A DNA stretch of 64,000 nucleotides from Octopus vulgaris (lineage: Eukaryota), in the NCBI GenBank assembly GCA_951406725.2, contig OX597815.1, positions 128,402,001 through 128,466,000 on the forward strand, written 5' to 3'. Numbering within the stretch: position 1 is the first letter of the stretch; each line of letters begins with the position of its first letter. The notes under the pieces are model-generated. The model had not been told where the DNA came from and did not search any database. It worked only from the letters and a program-made list of their open reading frames with translations. Below are positions 12,906-26,030 of this stretch, one piece after another. The position numbers and the translations under genes are program-made.

Positions 12906-13056
12906 AATATATTCAGGCAGATTCAAAACCTGAATATACAGATCTCTGTTGTTTTTCATTATTGGAGAACATCTCCTTCAAACACACATCATCTTCTCCA
13001 ATGATGAAAAACAACAGTGATTGGCATATTCATACTTGAATCTGTCAGAATGTATT
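12906..13056. repeat. Inverted repeat (foldback), arms about 65 bp
   Basis: ctgttgtttttcattattggagaa is mirrored by ttctccaatgatgaaaaacaacag; outer arms cagattcaa / ttgaatctg. Confidence 0.8.
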
Positions 13057-13319
13057 GAGAATGAATAGAGATGTTACTGTTAAATGCAACATCACACGTT
13101 ACATAAAAGAAACTTGTAAACAGTTGAGATATATTATCCCTTGTCCCTTCGCCATTCAAACTGGCCATATGCAGCCCAAATATTCTACCTGCTTTGTGTT
13201 TAAACTGATTAGATCAGGCCTCCTACAACTATCCTGCAATGTCATTCTACAAGTAAACAAACACATCATTGAAATCTCAAAGCTACAAGACAATGTACAA
13301 ATAATTTAAAACGACTTAG

Positions 13320-13600
13320 TGGTATCAGTGGAAGATGAACAGAGAAAGTGGCTTTTACATGTGGCAGATGTGCAGGTACATTAAACACCAAGAATGAACG
13401 AAAAATAGACTCCCTCAAATGTCAGGGGTATCCTTAGAAGTAGTAGACAGTTTCAACTACTTAGGTGACCAAGTTAGTAGTGGGGAAGGTTGTTCCAAAA
13501 GTATAGCTACTACATTTGTTAGTAACGAAGGGCCTCTCTCTCAGAGTGAAAGGCAAATTGTATGATGCATGTGTACAAATAGCTATGTGTGCACAGTAAG
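13320..13600 (+). mobile_element. Degenerate RTE ORF fragment
   Basis: Encodes EVVDSFNYLGDQVSSGEGCSKS and GLSLRVKGKLYDAC-like peptides matching ORF 44452-45168. Confidence 0.75.
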
Positions 13601-13714
13601 AACTACCAGTGATCTTCATGAGGCAGTGTGCTGAGTGACATTGCTGTGTTTACTTTGTGAGTTGTGAAATTTGTGTTTTAGTGATCACATGTATGCTGTA
13701 GTCTGCAATTTTGT

Positions 13715-14175
13715 CATGGACAGGAACAAAGAGCCAACAGGAAATTTTGAATTAAACTTGGGAAGTTTGCTATAGAGACATTAAACATGCTTTGGCAAAC
13801 TTATGGTGATGAGGCAATGGGCCAAACGCAACATTTCAAACTGCAGAGACACATCAAAAGCGGAACACCCCCAGGAGACCTGAGCAATTCAGAAGACCTG
13901 CCACAAGTATCACCCCTGGAAATGTGGTATTGTGTATCGAGAATTTATCCCCCAGGGCCAGACTGTTAATCAAGAGTTCTACTGCGTTGTTTTGAAGTCT
14001 TCAAGGGAGGTCATCTGGTGAAAGCAACCAGATCAGTGGAGTGCAAAGAATTGGATACTTCAGTGAGCTCTCCTCACTTGTGAGTTTTTCACCAAAAACA
14101 ACATGGCATCACTCTGCCACCCTACCATTCACTAGATTTAGCACCTGCTGCCTTCCATCTCATACCTAAGAAGAA
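13715..14175 (+). mobile_element. Internally deleted, degenerate mariner transposase remnant
   Basis: Peptides LGKFAIETLNMLWQTYGDEAMGQTQ (N-terminal HTH), EFIPQGQTVNQEFYC and a SLDLAPA (YSPDLAP-like) motif. Confidence 0.75.
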
Positions 14176-14622
14176 AATGTAGCTCAAAGGCCACCAGCTG
14201 TAGAAACCATGCCAGAACAGATTGGAACCTGCCGCAACCTCTTGGCTTGCCAGTCCTCAGTCAAATCGTTCAACCCATGACAGCATGGAAAGCGGACGAT
14301 GATGATGATGATATAAAATGAGCTTCCACACAATTTCCATCTACTAAATTCACTCATAAGCCATTGGTTAGCTCAGGGCTATAGTAGAAGACACTTGCCC
14401 AAGGTACCTCAGAAAAGTGGAAAATATGTAGCAGTAATGTACAGACAAATGATCTAAACAAAAGTAATTCACTGACTAAAAGAATAAATAGAACTAGATT
14501 GGTGGAAATAGAAAAGAAAATCAGTATGATGACGAACAAAAAAAAATAATAACAGGATCCTTCACACCTAAATTACTCACAAGTTTTCCAGACACAAATG
14601 AGTAATCAAACTCACTATAATA

Positions 14623-14673
<51 letters not shown>

Positions 14674-15639
14674 CATTAATGAGTAATTTCCCTTGACATA
14701 CTGTGATGGGTTGAGATATATATACATATATATATATATATATAAAATATATGCATGTATATAATGCACACACACACACACATCATTCATTGTCAGCCAC
14801 TATCCTGGCTAATTTTGTATTTCATACACCCAAAGATAATGTGTAGTAAAATTTCATATGAATGAGTGCAATAAAGAGAATGACGAAGAATAGCAGACCC
14901 ATGCATGCACGCACACACACACACACACACGTTTGTATATGAGTACAAACATCTGTGCTTGCATGCATGTGTGTGAGTGTGTGTTCGTTTGTGTGTGTGA
15001 TCATAATCATAATTTTATGTCCATTTATTTTCCTATCAACATGGGTTGGACAAGTCTTACTAGCTGCAGTTCTTTGTTCCAACACAGTCATATTCTTTTG
15101 TTACTTGGCACACCTAACAACAGAAAAGCCCAACCAATTCTGCAGTTTTGTATACATCTTACAGTGGTAACTGGGTGCGTTTTATTGTACCGTTACCATT
15201 AGGGACCATCTGTGGCCAGATTAAGCCTTTACTTGTCCAAAGCATTTTCGAAAGTTTATTCCAAACATCCATACTTGTTTTCAAACTTTTAATTAACCCT
15301 TGTTACATATGCTCTGAGTGATATAAAGCTGTCTTTTCATAAGTCTCCTCTACCCTGTATCAAGTCATTGTTTGGAGGTAGTGCCATTCTAAATAGTTAT
15401 TAATCTGTGATGGAGTTTGTGGAGTACATATCTCAAATACATCATCTATTTTTGGCATAGTTTATATGGCTAAATGGCTTTCCTGGTTATTTTACAGGAT
15501 ATATTGGTTGAATTTTATTATACAACCAGACCAGATATTGTATATTAAGCCCAAGCATTTTTTCTGATAGTTACAGAGTCCTGATTTCTTTCCTACTTAC
15601 TAAAAACTGGTCTTTGCTAAGTTGATTCTGAAACTGATC

Positions 15640-16020
15640 AATTCCAGGTCAAATCTACTATAAATTCAGCTTCAATAACTTGTTTATAAGCCCATAGGAA
15701 CTTCCATGGACAGCAAGACCTCTCTTATGACATGAAAGACTATGATAAACAAGGGTGAGTGAGGACTATGTTCTGGTGAAACCCTACTGGTATGTTAAAT
15801 TCATCACTAAGCTCATTTCTAACTCTCACTTTACTAACTGCACTGCCATGCATGGCTTGCATGACACTCATAAACCATTCATCTGCCCTTAGTTTTCTCA
15901 GTGTCCACCAGATTGCAGAGAGTGTAATGCTACAAAGGCTTTCTCCAAGTTGGCTAATATTACACAGAGGGGCTTACTTCTACTCAAGTACCTTTCCTAC
16001 AGTTGCCTCATCAAGAAGAG
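15640..16020 (-). mobile_element. Degenerate RTE reverse-transcriptase fragment
   Basis: Minus strand gives LEKAF...IWWTLRKLRADEWFMSVMQAMHGSAVSKVRVRNELSDEF, paralleling ORF 45134-45784. Confidence 0.75.
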
Positions 16021-16479
16021 GGAATTCACAGAGCACAAATGGAGGAGGAGAAAGAGGAAGCGGTATGGTGGTGGTTGTGAGCCAGATCATTATGACCTTC
16101 TCTTGTTAATAACCAGCAAAGTGAAGAAGATTTTTTTCAACCCAACTGATGATTTGCAGCTTTTATCACAACTATTAGAAAACTGTCTCCTCTCAGTTAA
16201 ATCCAATACAGAATCATAGCAATTGGTATTGTGCACAGACCACCAGTAGAAAGGTAACATTTAGTATGATTGCTGATGATCTTTTAGGTCGTGGTAATCT
16301 GTGATTAGCTTGCTTTGGTTTATGTAATTTTAAGTGGTTAACAAGACTACTCACCAAGAAAAGAAACCAAAGTACATGATTATTCAGAAACTCTAGTACA
16401 TACTTATTAGACAGCACACTGCAAGGTAGAAGCAATATTTAAAGGTAATAGATACCTCAAAAGAACAAAACCAAATAGT

Positions 16480-16800
16480 AAGAAACTCGAACAAGAGTTA
16501 TATAATTATATATCCTCCTTTAAACATGCAGATAAAAAAAAAACACTGAAAAATTGATTGGCTACATCTGGAAAAATAAAAGGCTTTGGATTAGAGTATT
16601 AAATGGAAAACCCTGGAAAGGTCCTAATCATCTCAAACTGGAAATGAAAAGTGTAACCTTGTACAGCAGAAAAGAAAATCCTCAAAAGTTTTCATGAACA
16701 AATTCTATTAAAACACCAGATCAAAAATCTCCAAAAAGTGCAGACATATTGAAAAGTACCTATTACACAGCTGGGAAATATTGAATTTACCTGCCTAGAA
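16480..16800 (+). mobile_element. Highly degenerate Penelope-like GIY-YIG C-terminal remnant
   Basis: Frameshifted peptides RLYNYISSFKH, IGYIWK, KWKTLERS, KCNL..AEKKIL and KKCRH parallel the fragment at 18214-18540. Confidence 0.55.
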
Positions 16801-17626
16801 CCACATAAATACTCAATCACTAATATTACTGCTCAGACTTCTTTGTTCTTTTCCTCTATCATTCACCTTGACTCAAAATTATTTTCCTCCATCCATTTCT
16901 CCCTCTCCCAGTCATTATTTTCCCTCGTGCATTTTTGTTGGAGAAAATTTGCTAGGTCTTAAAATATATGATTTAAGGTTAATAGAAAGAAAAATGTTTG
17001 GTTAAATTTTGTGTAAGTGGTAAAAATAAGAATTAAGTTCCATAAAATGTGATATATTCATTGATGTTTTAACAGTGGAGTCAAAAAACAACTAGTGTAT
17101 AATCCTGATCAGCATAATTATTTTGGCTGCTATATAAAGTTGCATTAAAATTTACTACAGAATTGACTGCGTGATTTGTTAAGCTAGATAAATTTAGAAG
17201 CTATGCTAGATTTATTTCTTTTATATGTGAAAAACTAACATGAAGTGAAAGTGGGAATCCTTTCTCTTTCTCACTCCCTTCATATATATATATAGGGGCA
17301 GGCCTGGCTATGTGGTAAGAAGTTTGCTTCCTAATCACCTGGCTCCAGGTTCAGTCTCACTGTGTGATACTTGGGTAAGTGGGTAACTGAAAAAAGCCTG
17401 TTGTGTATCATCATCATCATCAAGCATTTAGCGTCCGTTAGCATGGGTTATACTGGGTCTGTGAAGCCAGAAGAACGGACACGAAACAGGGCGGTGCTGG
17501 CAACGGTCGCGAAACGGAAAGTTCTCTTACATGCCACCGGCACTGGTAACACATCTGCAATTTCCATTGATCGATTTCCACTGATCGATTTCGATTCTGA
17601 TCCTCACTTGCCTCAATGGGTCTTCA

Positions 17627-18124
17627 TCTATATATATATATAAAACTGTAGTTGTGTGAGTGTCTGTCCCCTTCGATTTAGATTCCTAACTACTCCCACA
17701 TTTTGCGGTACAGTTTAACCAAATTCGGGTATCTTATAGTCGTGATTCATATCGAGCCCGTCTACGATGAGTCTATGATTTTAAAAATAATTTAACATCA
17801 TTTTTTATTCCATTTTAATGCATAATTTTTCGTGTGTCGATGGTGGCGGAGTTGGCGTCCATGGTCACACCTGCACCTGTTTGTTTCTCCCCCTTCTTCC
17901 CTCCCTTGTGAAGCTGTGGGGAAGGGAGTGTTAGGAAATCAATGTCGTAAAGCGTTGTCAAGGAGACCAGCGTTCTTTTAGAACAACGACTTCATGGCTT
18001 GAAGACACCAAAACAGAAATGGCTAAGAAAGCCCGAATTGGCATCTATAAGGGAAGTAACTCTCTAAAAATGCTTATATAGTTATTTCCCTTACAAACCC
18101 GAGCAACGCCAGGCGATACTGCTA

Positions 18125-18125
<1 letters not shown>
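17627..18125 (+). mobile_element. Non-autonomous Helitron, about 500 bp
   Basis: Starts A|TC (17627). Ends with GC-rich hairpin cccgagcaacgccagg, then cgatactg and CTAG|T (18122-18125). AT target, no TSD. Confidence 0.8.
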
Positions 18126-18158
<33 letters not shown>

Positions 18159-18159
18159 A

Positions 18160-18960
18160 GGGCATTCCCAGAGTGCCTGCTCTTTAGACAGTTGCTGCTT
18201 ACACAATAATGTAGTGCATAGATGTGAGGTAAGTATCCTAAAAGAGCCTAAAAAAGTGTATATAGGAAGTACTACAAATTTCAAAGTCAGGCGTAGAACG
18301 CATGTAAATTCATTCATAAATAAGGAGCCAAAGAATTCAACTACCTTAGCCATTTATATTAACAAATTAAAAAATACCAATAAGATATACTCCTTAAAAT
18401 GGTCAATTATAGGCAAGTACACTCCATATAACACTCACACGAAAGTATGTAAATTAAGCTTAAAGGAAGCTATTAATATATTACAAACCGAAAAGAAATT
18501 ATTACTAAATAAGATCTCTGAGGTTTTGATCTCATGTTGACACAAGCTTCTTTCAACTTTAAAATTTTTTTAGTTTGATAAATAAAAAATATATATGCTG
18601 ATTAGGTTTCCCTATCTAGTTTTTGACTGACCCTGGATGTTATTTGTTCATTTAACTTAGATTAGCAATAAATATACAATTTCTTCTATCTTTAGTAGTC
18701 ATACAATGTGAAAATCTATTTTATGCTTAGGCACTCTGGATGTTTTGAAATTTTTATATTTATTTACAATTTTTACATCCACTGTTTTAAACTCAAAACT
18801 CTTTAAAAATCTGGAACCCTTTTATAACTACAAATTAGAGATGAAGGAAATATGATTACCGAAGCTGAAAAGATGTATCTACCTCTTTGCACATTCTCTG
18901 AAATGGCCGTAAGATGTTTTTTGTATTTATTTGATTCATTCGAGGACTTTCTTTTAAATC
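18160..18960 (+). mobile_element. Penelope-like element 3' part: GIY-YIG endonuclease fragment plus AT-rich tail
   Basis: ORF 18214-18540: VVHRCEV...KVYIGSTTNFKVRRRTHVNSF...STTLAIYI...LKWSII...CKLSLKEAINIL...LLNKISEVLISC, typical of PLE GIY-YIG domains. Confidence 0.8.
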
Positions 18961-19049
18961 ACTGTCATCTTATCCACTCGTGACTTTTAATTTAATTCAT
19001 CTGTATATGCACAGTCATCAAACCTTGATTGCAAATGGGATTGTACCTC

Positions 19050-19385
19050 TCTTTTACTTGTTTCAGTCATTTGACGGCGGCCACGCTGGAGCACCGCCTT
19101 TAGTCGAGCAAATCGACCCCAGGACTTATTCTTTGTAAGCCTAGTACTTATTCTATCGGTCTCTTTTGCCAAACCACTAAGTTATGGGGGCATAAGCACA
19201 CCAGCATCAGTTGTCAAGTGATGTTGGGGGGGTCAAACACAAACACACAAACACATACATATATACAACAGGCTTCTTTCAGTTTCCATCTACCAAATCC
19301 ACTCACAAGGCTTTGGTTGGCCCAAGAGTATAGTAGAAGACACTTGCCCAAGGTGCCACGCAGTGGAACTGAACCCGGAACCATG
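19050..19385 (-). mobile_element. SINE family A
   Basis: Well-conserved reverse-complement copy of family A. Confidence 0.8.
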
Positions 19386-19535
19386 TATGAAGAAAAATAT
19401 TTATGATTTGACCTGGAATAACTTGATAGCTGAATCTATCTTCCTTCCTTAAATCCTTAAAAATGTTTTAGCCCGAAGGCCGCAGCCATGTTGGGGCACC
19501 ACTGATTGAATTTTGATATATATATATATATATAT

Positions 19536-19772
19536 GTAAAAAGCACCATCCGATCGTGGCCATTTGCCAGCCTCGTCTGGCACCTGTGCAGGTGGCATGT
19601 AAAAAGCACCCACTACACTCACGGAGTGGTTGACGTTAGGAAAGGCATCCAGCTGTAGAAACACTGCCAGATCAGACTGGGCCTGGCGCAGCCGTCTGGC
19701 TTCCCAGACCCCAGTTGAACCGTCCAACACATGCTAGCCTGGAAAATGGACGTTAAACGATGATGATGATGA
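19536..19772 (+). mobile_element. RTE 3' UTR copy with (GAT)n tail
   Basis: aaaagcacccactacactcacggagtggttg...cgttaaacgatgatgatgat. Confidence 0.8.
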
Positions 19773-20626
19773 GATATTTATTTGTGTCTTTGTGTCTGTG
19801 TTTGTCCCCCACCACCACTTGACAACTAGTGTTAGTTTGTTTACATCCCTGTAACTTAGTGGTTCAGCAAAAAAAGGCCGACTGAATAAGTATCAGGCTT
19901 TAAAAAAAGTAATAGGGTTGATTTGTTTGACTAAAAACTCTTCAAGGCAGTTCCACAACATGGCCACAGTCTAATGACTGAAACAAGTAAAAGATAAAAC
20001 TTATAACTTAGCTACTAACTAAAAAGAGTTAAAACTATTTATCATTATTATAAATTATTCTACACTATTATATTGCATTTTAAAGGAACTATAAGATATC
20101 ATACAAGAAGTTGCTATCAAGTGAAATACACTGAGAGGCCTGAAACCATAAAACAAATATTACTCATATTTCATTCCCTGGGAGGATATAAAGAAATGTG
20201 TGTGCGTGCATGCATGTGTGCACAAAGAAAGGGATATTAAGCAAAGTGAAACTATTCAACAGAAATTGTTATGAGTAATTGCCTTGATACACTCATTATC
20301 CTTCTCATTAGTGTTTTGCATCTGCTTTTCCATGATGGCATGTGTTGGACAGTTTTTCTAAGGCAGTGTTTGATAGCTAATGCTTTTAGTGGTCTCTTAC
20401 ACTATGCTGAAGATGTGGTGTACCTATTCTAACAATACATACTAGGAAAGAGTATATGTATAATAAATTCACTGTCATCATCATTTAACATCCATTTTTC
20501 CATGCTGGCATGTGTTGGATGGATTTTCTACAGTTGGATGTCTTTCCAATTGCCTGCACTCACCTGTTTTCAAGCAAGGTAATATTTCCCCATTGCTAGA
20601 TATGTTCTTGCAGTATATTGAAAATG

Positions 20627-20815
20627 AATATATATATATATATATACATATATATACATATATATATATACACATATATATACATATATATATACATATA
20701 TACACATATATATACATATATATATACATATATATATACATATATATATATACATATATATATACATATATATACATACATATATATATACATATATATA
20801 CATATATATATACAC

Positions 20816-20856
<41 letters not shown>

Positions 20857-20895
20857 TATATACATATATATACATACATATATATATATACACAC

Positions 20896-20944
<49 letters not shown>

Positions 20945-21367
20945 CATATATATATACATATATATACATACATATATATATACATATATATATATACATA
21001 TATATATACATATATATATACATAAATATATACATATATATACACATATATATATATATACACATATATATATATACACATATATATATATACATATATA
21101 TATACACATATATATACATACATATATATATATACATACATATATATATATACATATATATATATACATATATATATATACATATATATATATATACATA
21201 TATATATACATATACATATATATATACATACATATATATATACATATACATATATATATACATACATATATATATACATACATATATATATATATACATA
21301 CATATATATATACATATATATATATATACATATATATATATACATATATATACATATATATATATAC
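20627..21367. repeat. About 740-bp (TA)n microsatellite interrupted by CA
   Basis: Directly visible. Source of the 249-408 aa YIYI pseudo-ORFs. Confidence 0.98.
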
Positions 21368-21981
<614 letters not shown>

Positions 21982-22029
21982 GATCAATAAATGGTGGGGT
22001 TGTGTTGACCGCACGTGGAGAAATGATAA

Positions 22030-23450
22030 GCAAGGAAAAATTGTAAAAATGCAGAATGCTCGATTGAAAGAAAATTTTAATGAAATGAGAAAATGAAAAA
22101 ATATATAAATATATATTTATTCAAACCGGTTTTTGTCATAGTTTGACTTATCAAGAATAGTCAGGTGAAAAGGTTTTTTAAAAATGAGAAAGAGGAAAAA
22201 AAGTTGCATTGTTTTTTGCAAAAGAATAATAATAAATATGTATAAAAATTAAAAAATAAGTACTCCGATACATTGTGAGTTCGTTGTGTATCTTGAGTTT
22301 AATGAATGTTCACGAAAAAATTACCTTGAGGTATTAGGACCCAATGGGATTAAGGCCATATGTTGTTTGGTTTAATTTAGGATGTTGGCAAAATAGGAAG
22401 TAGTAGTAATTGTGGTTCTTCAGTTCCTGTGTTGTGAATAAGGGGAGACAACTCTTTTGAGTTCTTCAATAAAGGCTGCTGATAAAACCCCAAATTATAA
22501 AATTGTCATTTTAGCTTCATTTGCATTATCTTTTTTATGTAATTGTTTCTTAATTTAACTTTCAGATTTTAACACTTTGTTTATATTATTTCCTAATTAT
22601 ATAAATTTGCATAGACAATTGCATTTCAGATTGTTATATCATAAATAATAAAGATGATGGTAATAACAACAATAGTAAAAATGATATTTAAAGAATATAA
22701 GTTTTTGCTTGAAGTGATGAATCTATGGTGTCCTTATATATTTGTGTGAGTCCATCCATGAAGAATGAGGTAGAAAAGGGAAGTTTGATCAACGAGGAGT
22801 TTGTATATTAAGTTGTGTTTGGAATTTTTCAATAAAGAGATTCTCCTTGTTAATTCTCTCCTGTGTGGTGATGCCGTCTTTACATTGGTAGAAGGGGAAT
22901 ATATAGAATTTGGGGTTTAAGTCTTTAGCGCATGAGTCTATGTGGTCACTCAGTGGAATTTGTCGGTATTCTGGGAGATTTATTTGTTCTTTATGCACTG
23001 CTACTCGTTTACGTAACGGGAGACTCGTTTGTCCAACATAATTATGTTGGCAACCAGCGCATGTGAGAATGTAGATAAGGTTCTTGGAGGAACAGGAGAA
23101 GTTAGTCTTGATTTTAAACTTCGTACCTTGTTTGAAGGTAAATTCAGAACTTCAAGTAGGAGGGGCCATGTCCCACAGTTTGGGCGTGCACATTTTTTTT
23201 ACTGCTGGGGGTGGATGTGGTGTGTGAAGTTTGGCATTTGTCAAGAGTTTTTTTAAAGATTTGTGTTGCCTTTTACATTTGAGGATTTTGTGTGTATTTA
23301 TAATGTTATTCATTTTTGGGTCTGTTGACAGTAGACTGAGGTTTTGTATGATTGTGGTGTATGCTTCGATATTTTTGGGGTTGTGGGTGGAAATGTATGG
23401 AAGTATTTTGAGGTTGTGTGTGGTGTTAGGTTGGGTAGTTTTCGGTGTAA
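22030..23450 (-). mobile_element. Penelope-like retroelement 3' portion: GIY-YIG endonuclease plus AT-rich 3' region
   Basis: Open frame about 23145-22789: FKIKTNFSCSSKNLIYILTCAGCQHNYVGQTSLPLRKRVAVHKEQI...ERINKENLFIEKFQTQLN (LIY/YVG, CxxC, conserved Arg, Glu and Asn). Upstream frameshifted YISTHNPKN...ILKCKRQHKSLKKLL is typical of the PLE RT-EN linker. Confidence 0.9.
22118..22159 (-). ncRNA. Decayed hammerhead-like motif (U3/A8 variant) in the Penelope 3' region
   Basis: tattc-TTGATAA-gtca(aacta)tgac-AAAA-accggt-TT-gaata. All three stems pair; G12 is mutated to A at a CpG. Confidence 0.55.
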
Positions 23451-23494
<44 letters not shown>

Positions 23495-24334
23495 CATATA
23501 TATATACACACACATATATATATATACATACATATATATATATACTCTTTTACTTGATTCAGTCATCTGACTGTGGCCATGCTGGAGCACTGCCTTTAAG
23601 TCAAGTAAATCAACCCTAGGACTTATTCTTTGTACGCCTAGTACTTATTCTATTGATCACTTTTGCCGAATCGCTAAGTTACGGGAACGTAAACACATCA
23701 CCATCGGTTGTCAAGCAATGTTGGGGGGACAAACACAGACACACGAACACACACACATATACGACAGGCTTCTTTCAGTTTCCTCTCTCTCTCTCTCTCT
23801 ATATATATATAGTACATATATATAGTACATATATAGTACATATATATAGTACATATATATATATATATATATAAATAATTGAGATTCAGTTTAATTAGGT
23901 ATTTAATTTGAAGCACCAAGTCAGTTAGGTATTATCTGCACTGCCTGAAGTAAGGTGAATAAAATCAAAGCAACAGGATATCAAGGATATCCTGTTGCTT
24001 ATTTTGATATATATATTTTATACAAGGCTATATTTGAAGACACCTGCCCAAGGTTCCATGCAGTGAGATTGAATCTGGAACCATGAGGTTGAGAAGCAAA
24101 CTTCTTATTTTGCCACACAGTCAAGCACATATACACACATGCACACACATTTTGCCACACAGACATGCATATCTATTTTGTATGTATGTAGGCAAGTAGA
24201 ATGATATATATATATGTATATATATAAAACTTACTTGGAAATGTATGCGTGGTGTTCGATCGTATAATAATATAAATAATATATAAGTATATGCATATAT
24301 ACATACATATATGTACATGCCTACATATATATGT

Positions 24335-25005
24335 ATATATACATGCATATATGGGTACAGGACATTAAAAAAAACGTGAACAAAAAGAGAAACGAGAACA
24401 TAAAAGAAACAGAGAAAACAAACAATTTTTGAAAAACGAAAGAAACAAATAGAGAGTGAGACAGGCAACATAAAGAACATTCTCTTCATCAGTTGTCCCC
24501 TGTTTTATCTACTCTGTGTTGCATAGGTAGGGACAGTCCTTCCCACAAAGCAAATTAAATAAAATTTGGGATTTTTTGCGGAGGATTAAAGTGGTAACAA
24601 AAACAGGACAGTGAGAACAAAACAGTAAAAACAAACAGTGAGGGCTGTTAAGCCAAGATGATGTGAAGTGGTGAATGCTGGAAAAACGTGCTTTGAGAAG
24701 AAACAAGTAAAAGCATGTCTTGTCTTTAGGAAGGAAGTGGAAGAAAGAAAGATGGATAGCCGTTGGTCACATGTGAGCAATGAGAGAGTCAAGGAGGGAG
24801 AGAGAGTGAGAAGGAATGGTGAAGAGAAGAGGAGAAGAATAGGGAAAGGGCAGGAGAGAAAAACAGAAAGGAAGAACAAGAGAGGGAGATAGATAGACAG
24901 AATAGAGATGGAATAAGAGTGTGCATTGTAATTATTTTTTTAACGTTCTCGTTTCTCTCTTTGTTCACGTTTTTTTGACATCCTGTACCCATACATGCAT
25001 GTATA
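24335..25005. mobile_element. Element bounded by about 60-bp inverted arms (foldback or PLE-like terminal structure)
   Basis: atgggtacaggacattaaaaaaaacgtgaacaaaaagagaaacgagaac (about 24351) is mirrored by gttctcgtttctctctttgttcacgttttttgacatcctgtacccat (about 24945-24992). A related arm occurs at about 33685. Confidence 0.65.
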
Positions 25006-25056
25006 TATACATATATATGTAAGTATGAACATATATGTATGTATATATGCATATAC

Positions 25057-25128
<72 letters not shown>

Positions 25129-25461
25129 AGAAAGGTATACAGAGATAGATACACACACATACATAGTACACATTATTATCACCATTTCATGCTTGCCTTG
25201 CTGTACCTGTGTGGGTTGGACAGGCAATTTTTTTCAAGTGCCTCACCACTTGTGGTTGTTTGTCATCTTCAATGTGAGGTTCAATTTGCTGAAATCATTT
25301 TACATTACATTTCTAATGTCTTCCAATTTCTTTCTTGGTCTTCTCTTGCTCCCACAGTTTCTTTCCACAAGGATAGTTAGTTACTTCTTTGCTCAACTGT
25401 CATCACCATATGCATCACATGTCTTCACCACCTCAGTCTTCTACACACACGCTGTATATAT

Positions 25462-25562
<101 letters not shown>

Positions 25563-25669
25563 GGAGAGAGAAAGGGAAGGGGTGAGAGAGGGAGAGATGC
25601 AGATAGGCACAATTAGGCTTGATACGTACACATGCACATAGACACATTTTTAAAAAATATTTTTCACCA

Positions 25670-26030
25670 TTTACTTGTTTCAGTCATTAGACTGCAGCCA
25701 TGCTGGGGCACTGCCTTGAAAGTTTAGTCAAACAAATTAACCCCAGTACTTTTCTTTTTAAAACCTAGTACTTACATTCTATCAGTCTCTTTTTACTGAA
25801 CTGCTAAGTGATGGGAGACATAAACAAACACAAATGTCAAATGGTGGTGACAGACAAATACACACACACACACATTTATGTGTTTATGACAGCCTTCTTT
25901 CAGTTTCTGTCTACTCACAAGGCTTTGGTTAGCCTGAGATTATAGTAGAAGACATCTGCCCTAGGTGCCATGCTGTGAGATTGAATCTGGAACCATGTGG
26001 TTGGGAAGTAAACTTATGACTACACAGCCA
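25670..26030 (-). mobile_element. SINE family A
   Basis: Full reverse-complement copy from tail to tRNA-like head. Confidence 0.8.

Noticed and set aside
14560-14620. Peptide SEFDYSFVSGKLVSNLGVKDPV resembling C12orf4 N-terminal EFVYKFKVG, with AG and GTGAGT sites on the minus strand
   Set aside because: The match is very short, abuts a (TA)n tract, and has no continuation to the expected HGRL...LPC motif. The mini-exon would end in phase 0, whereas the 7421 exon needs phase 1. Probably chance, but worth a look in RNA-seq.
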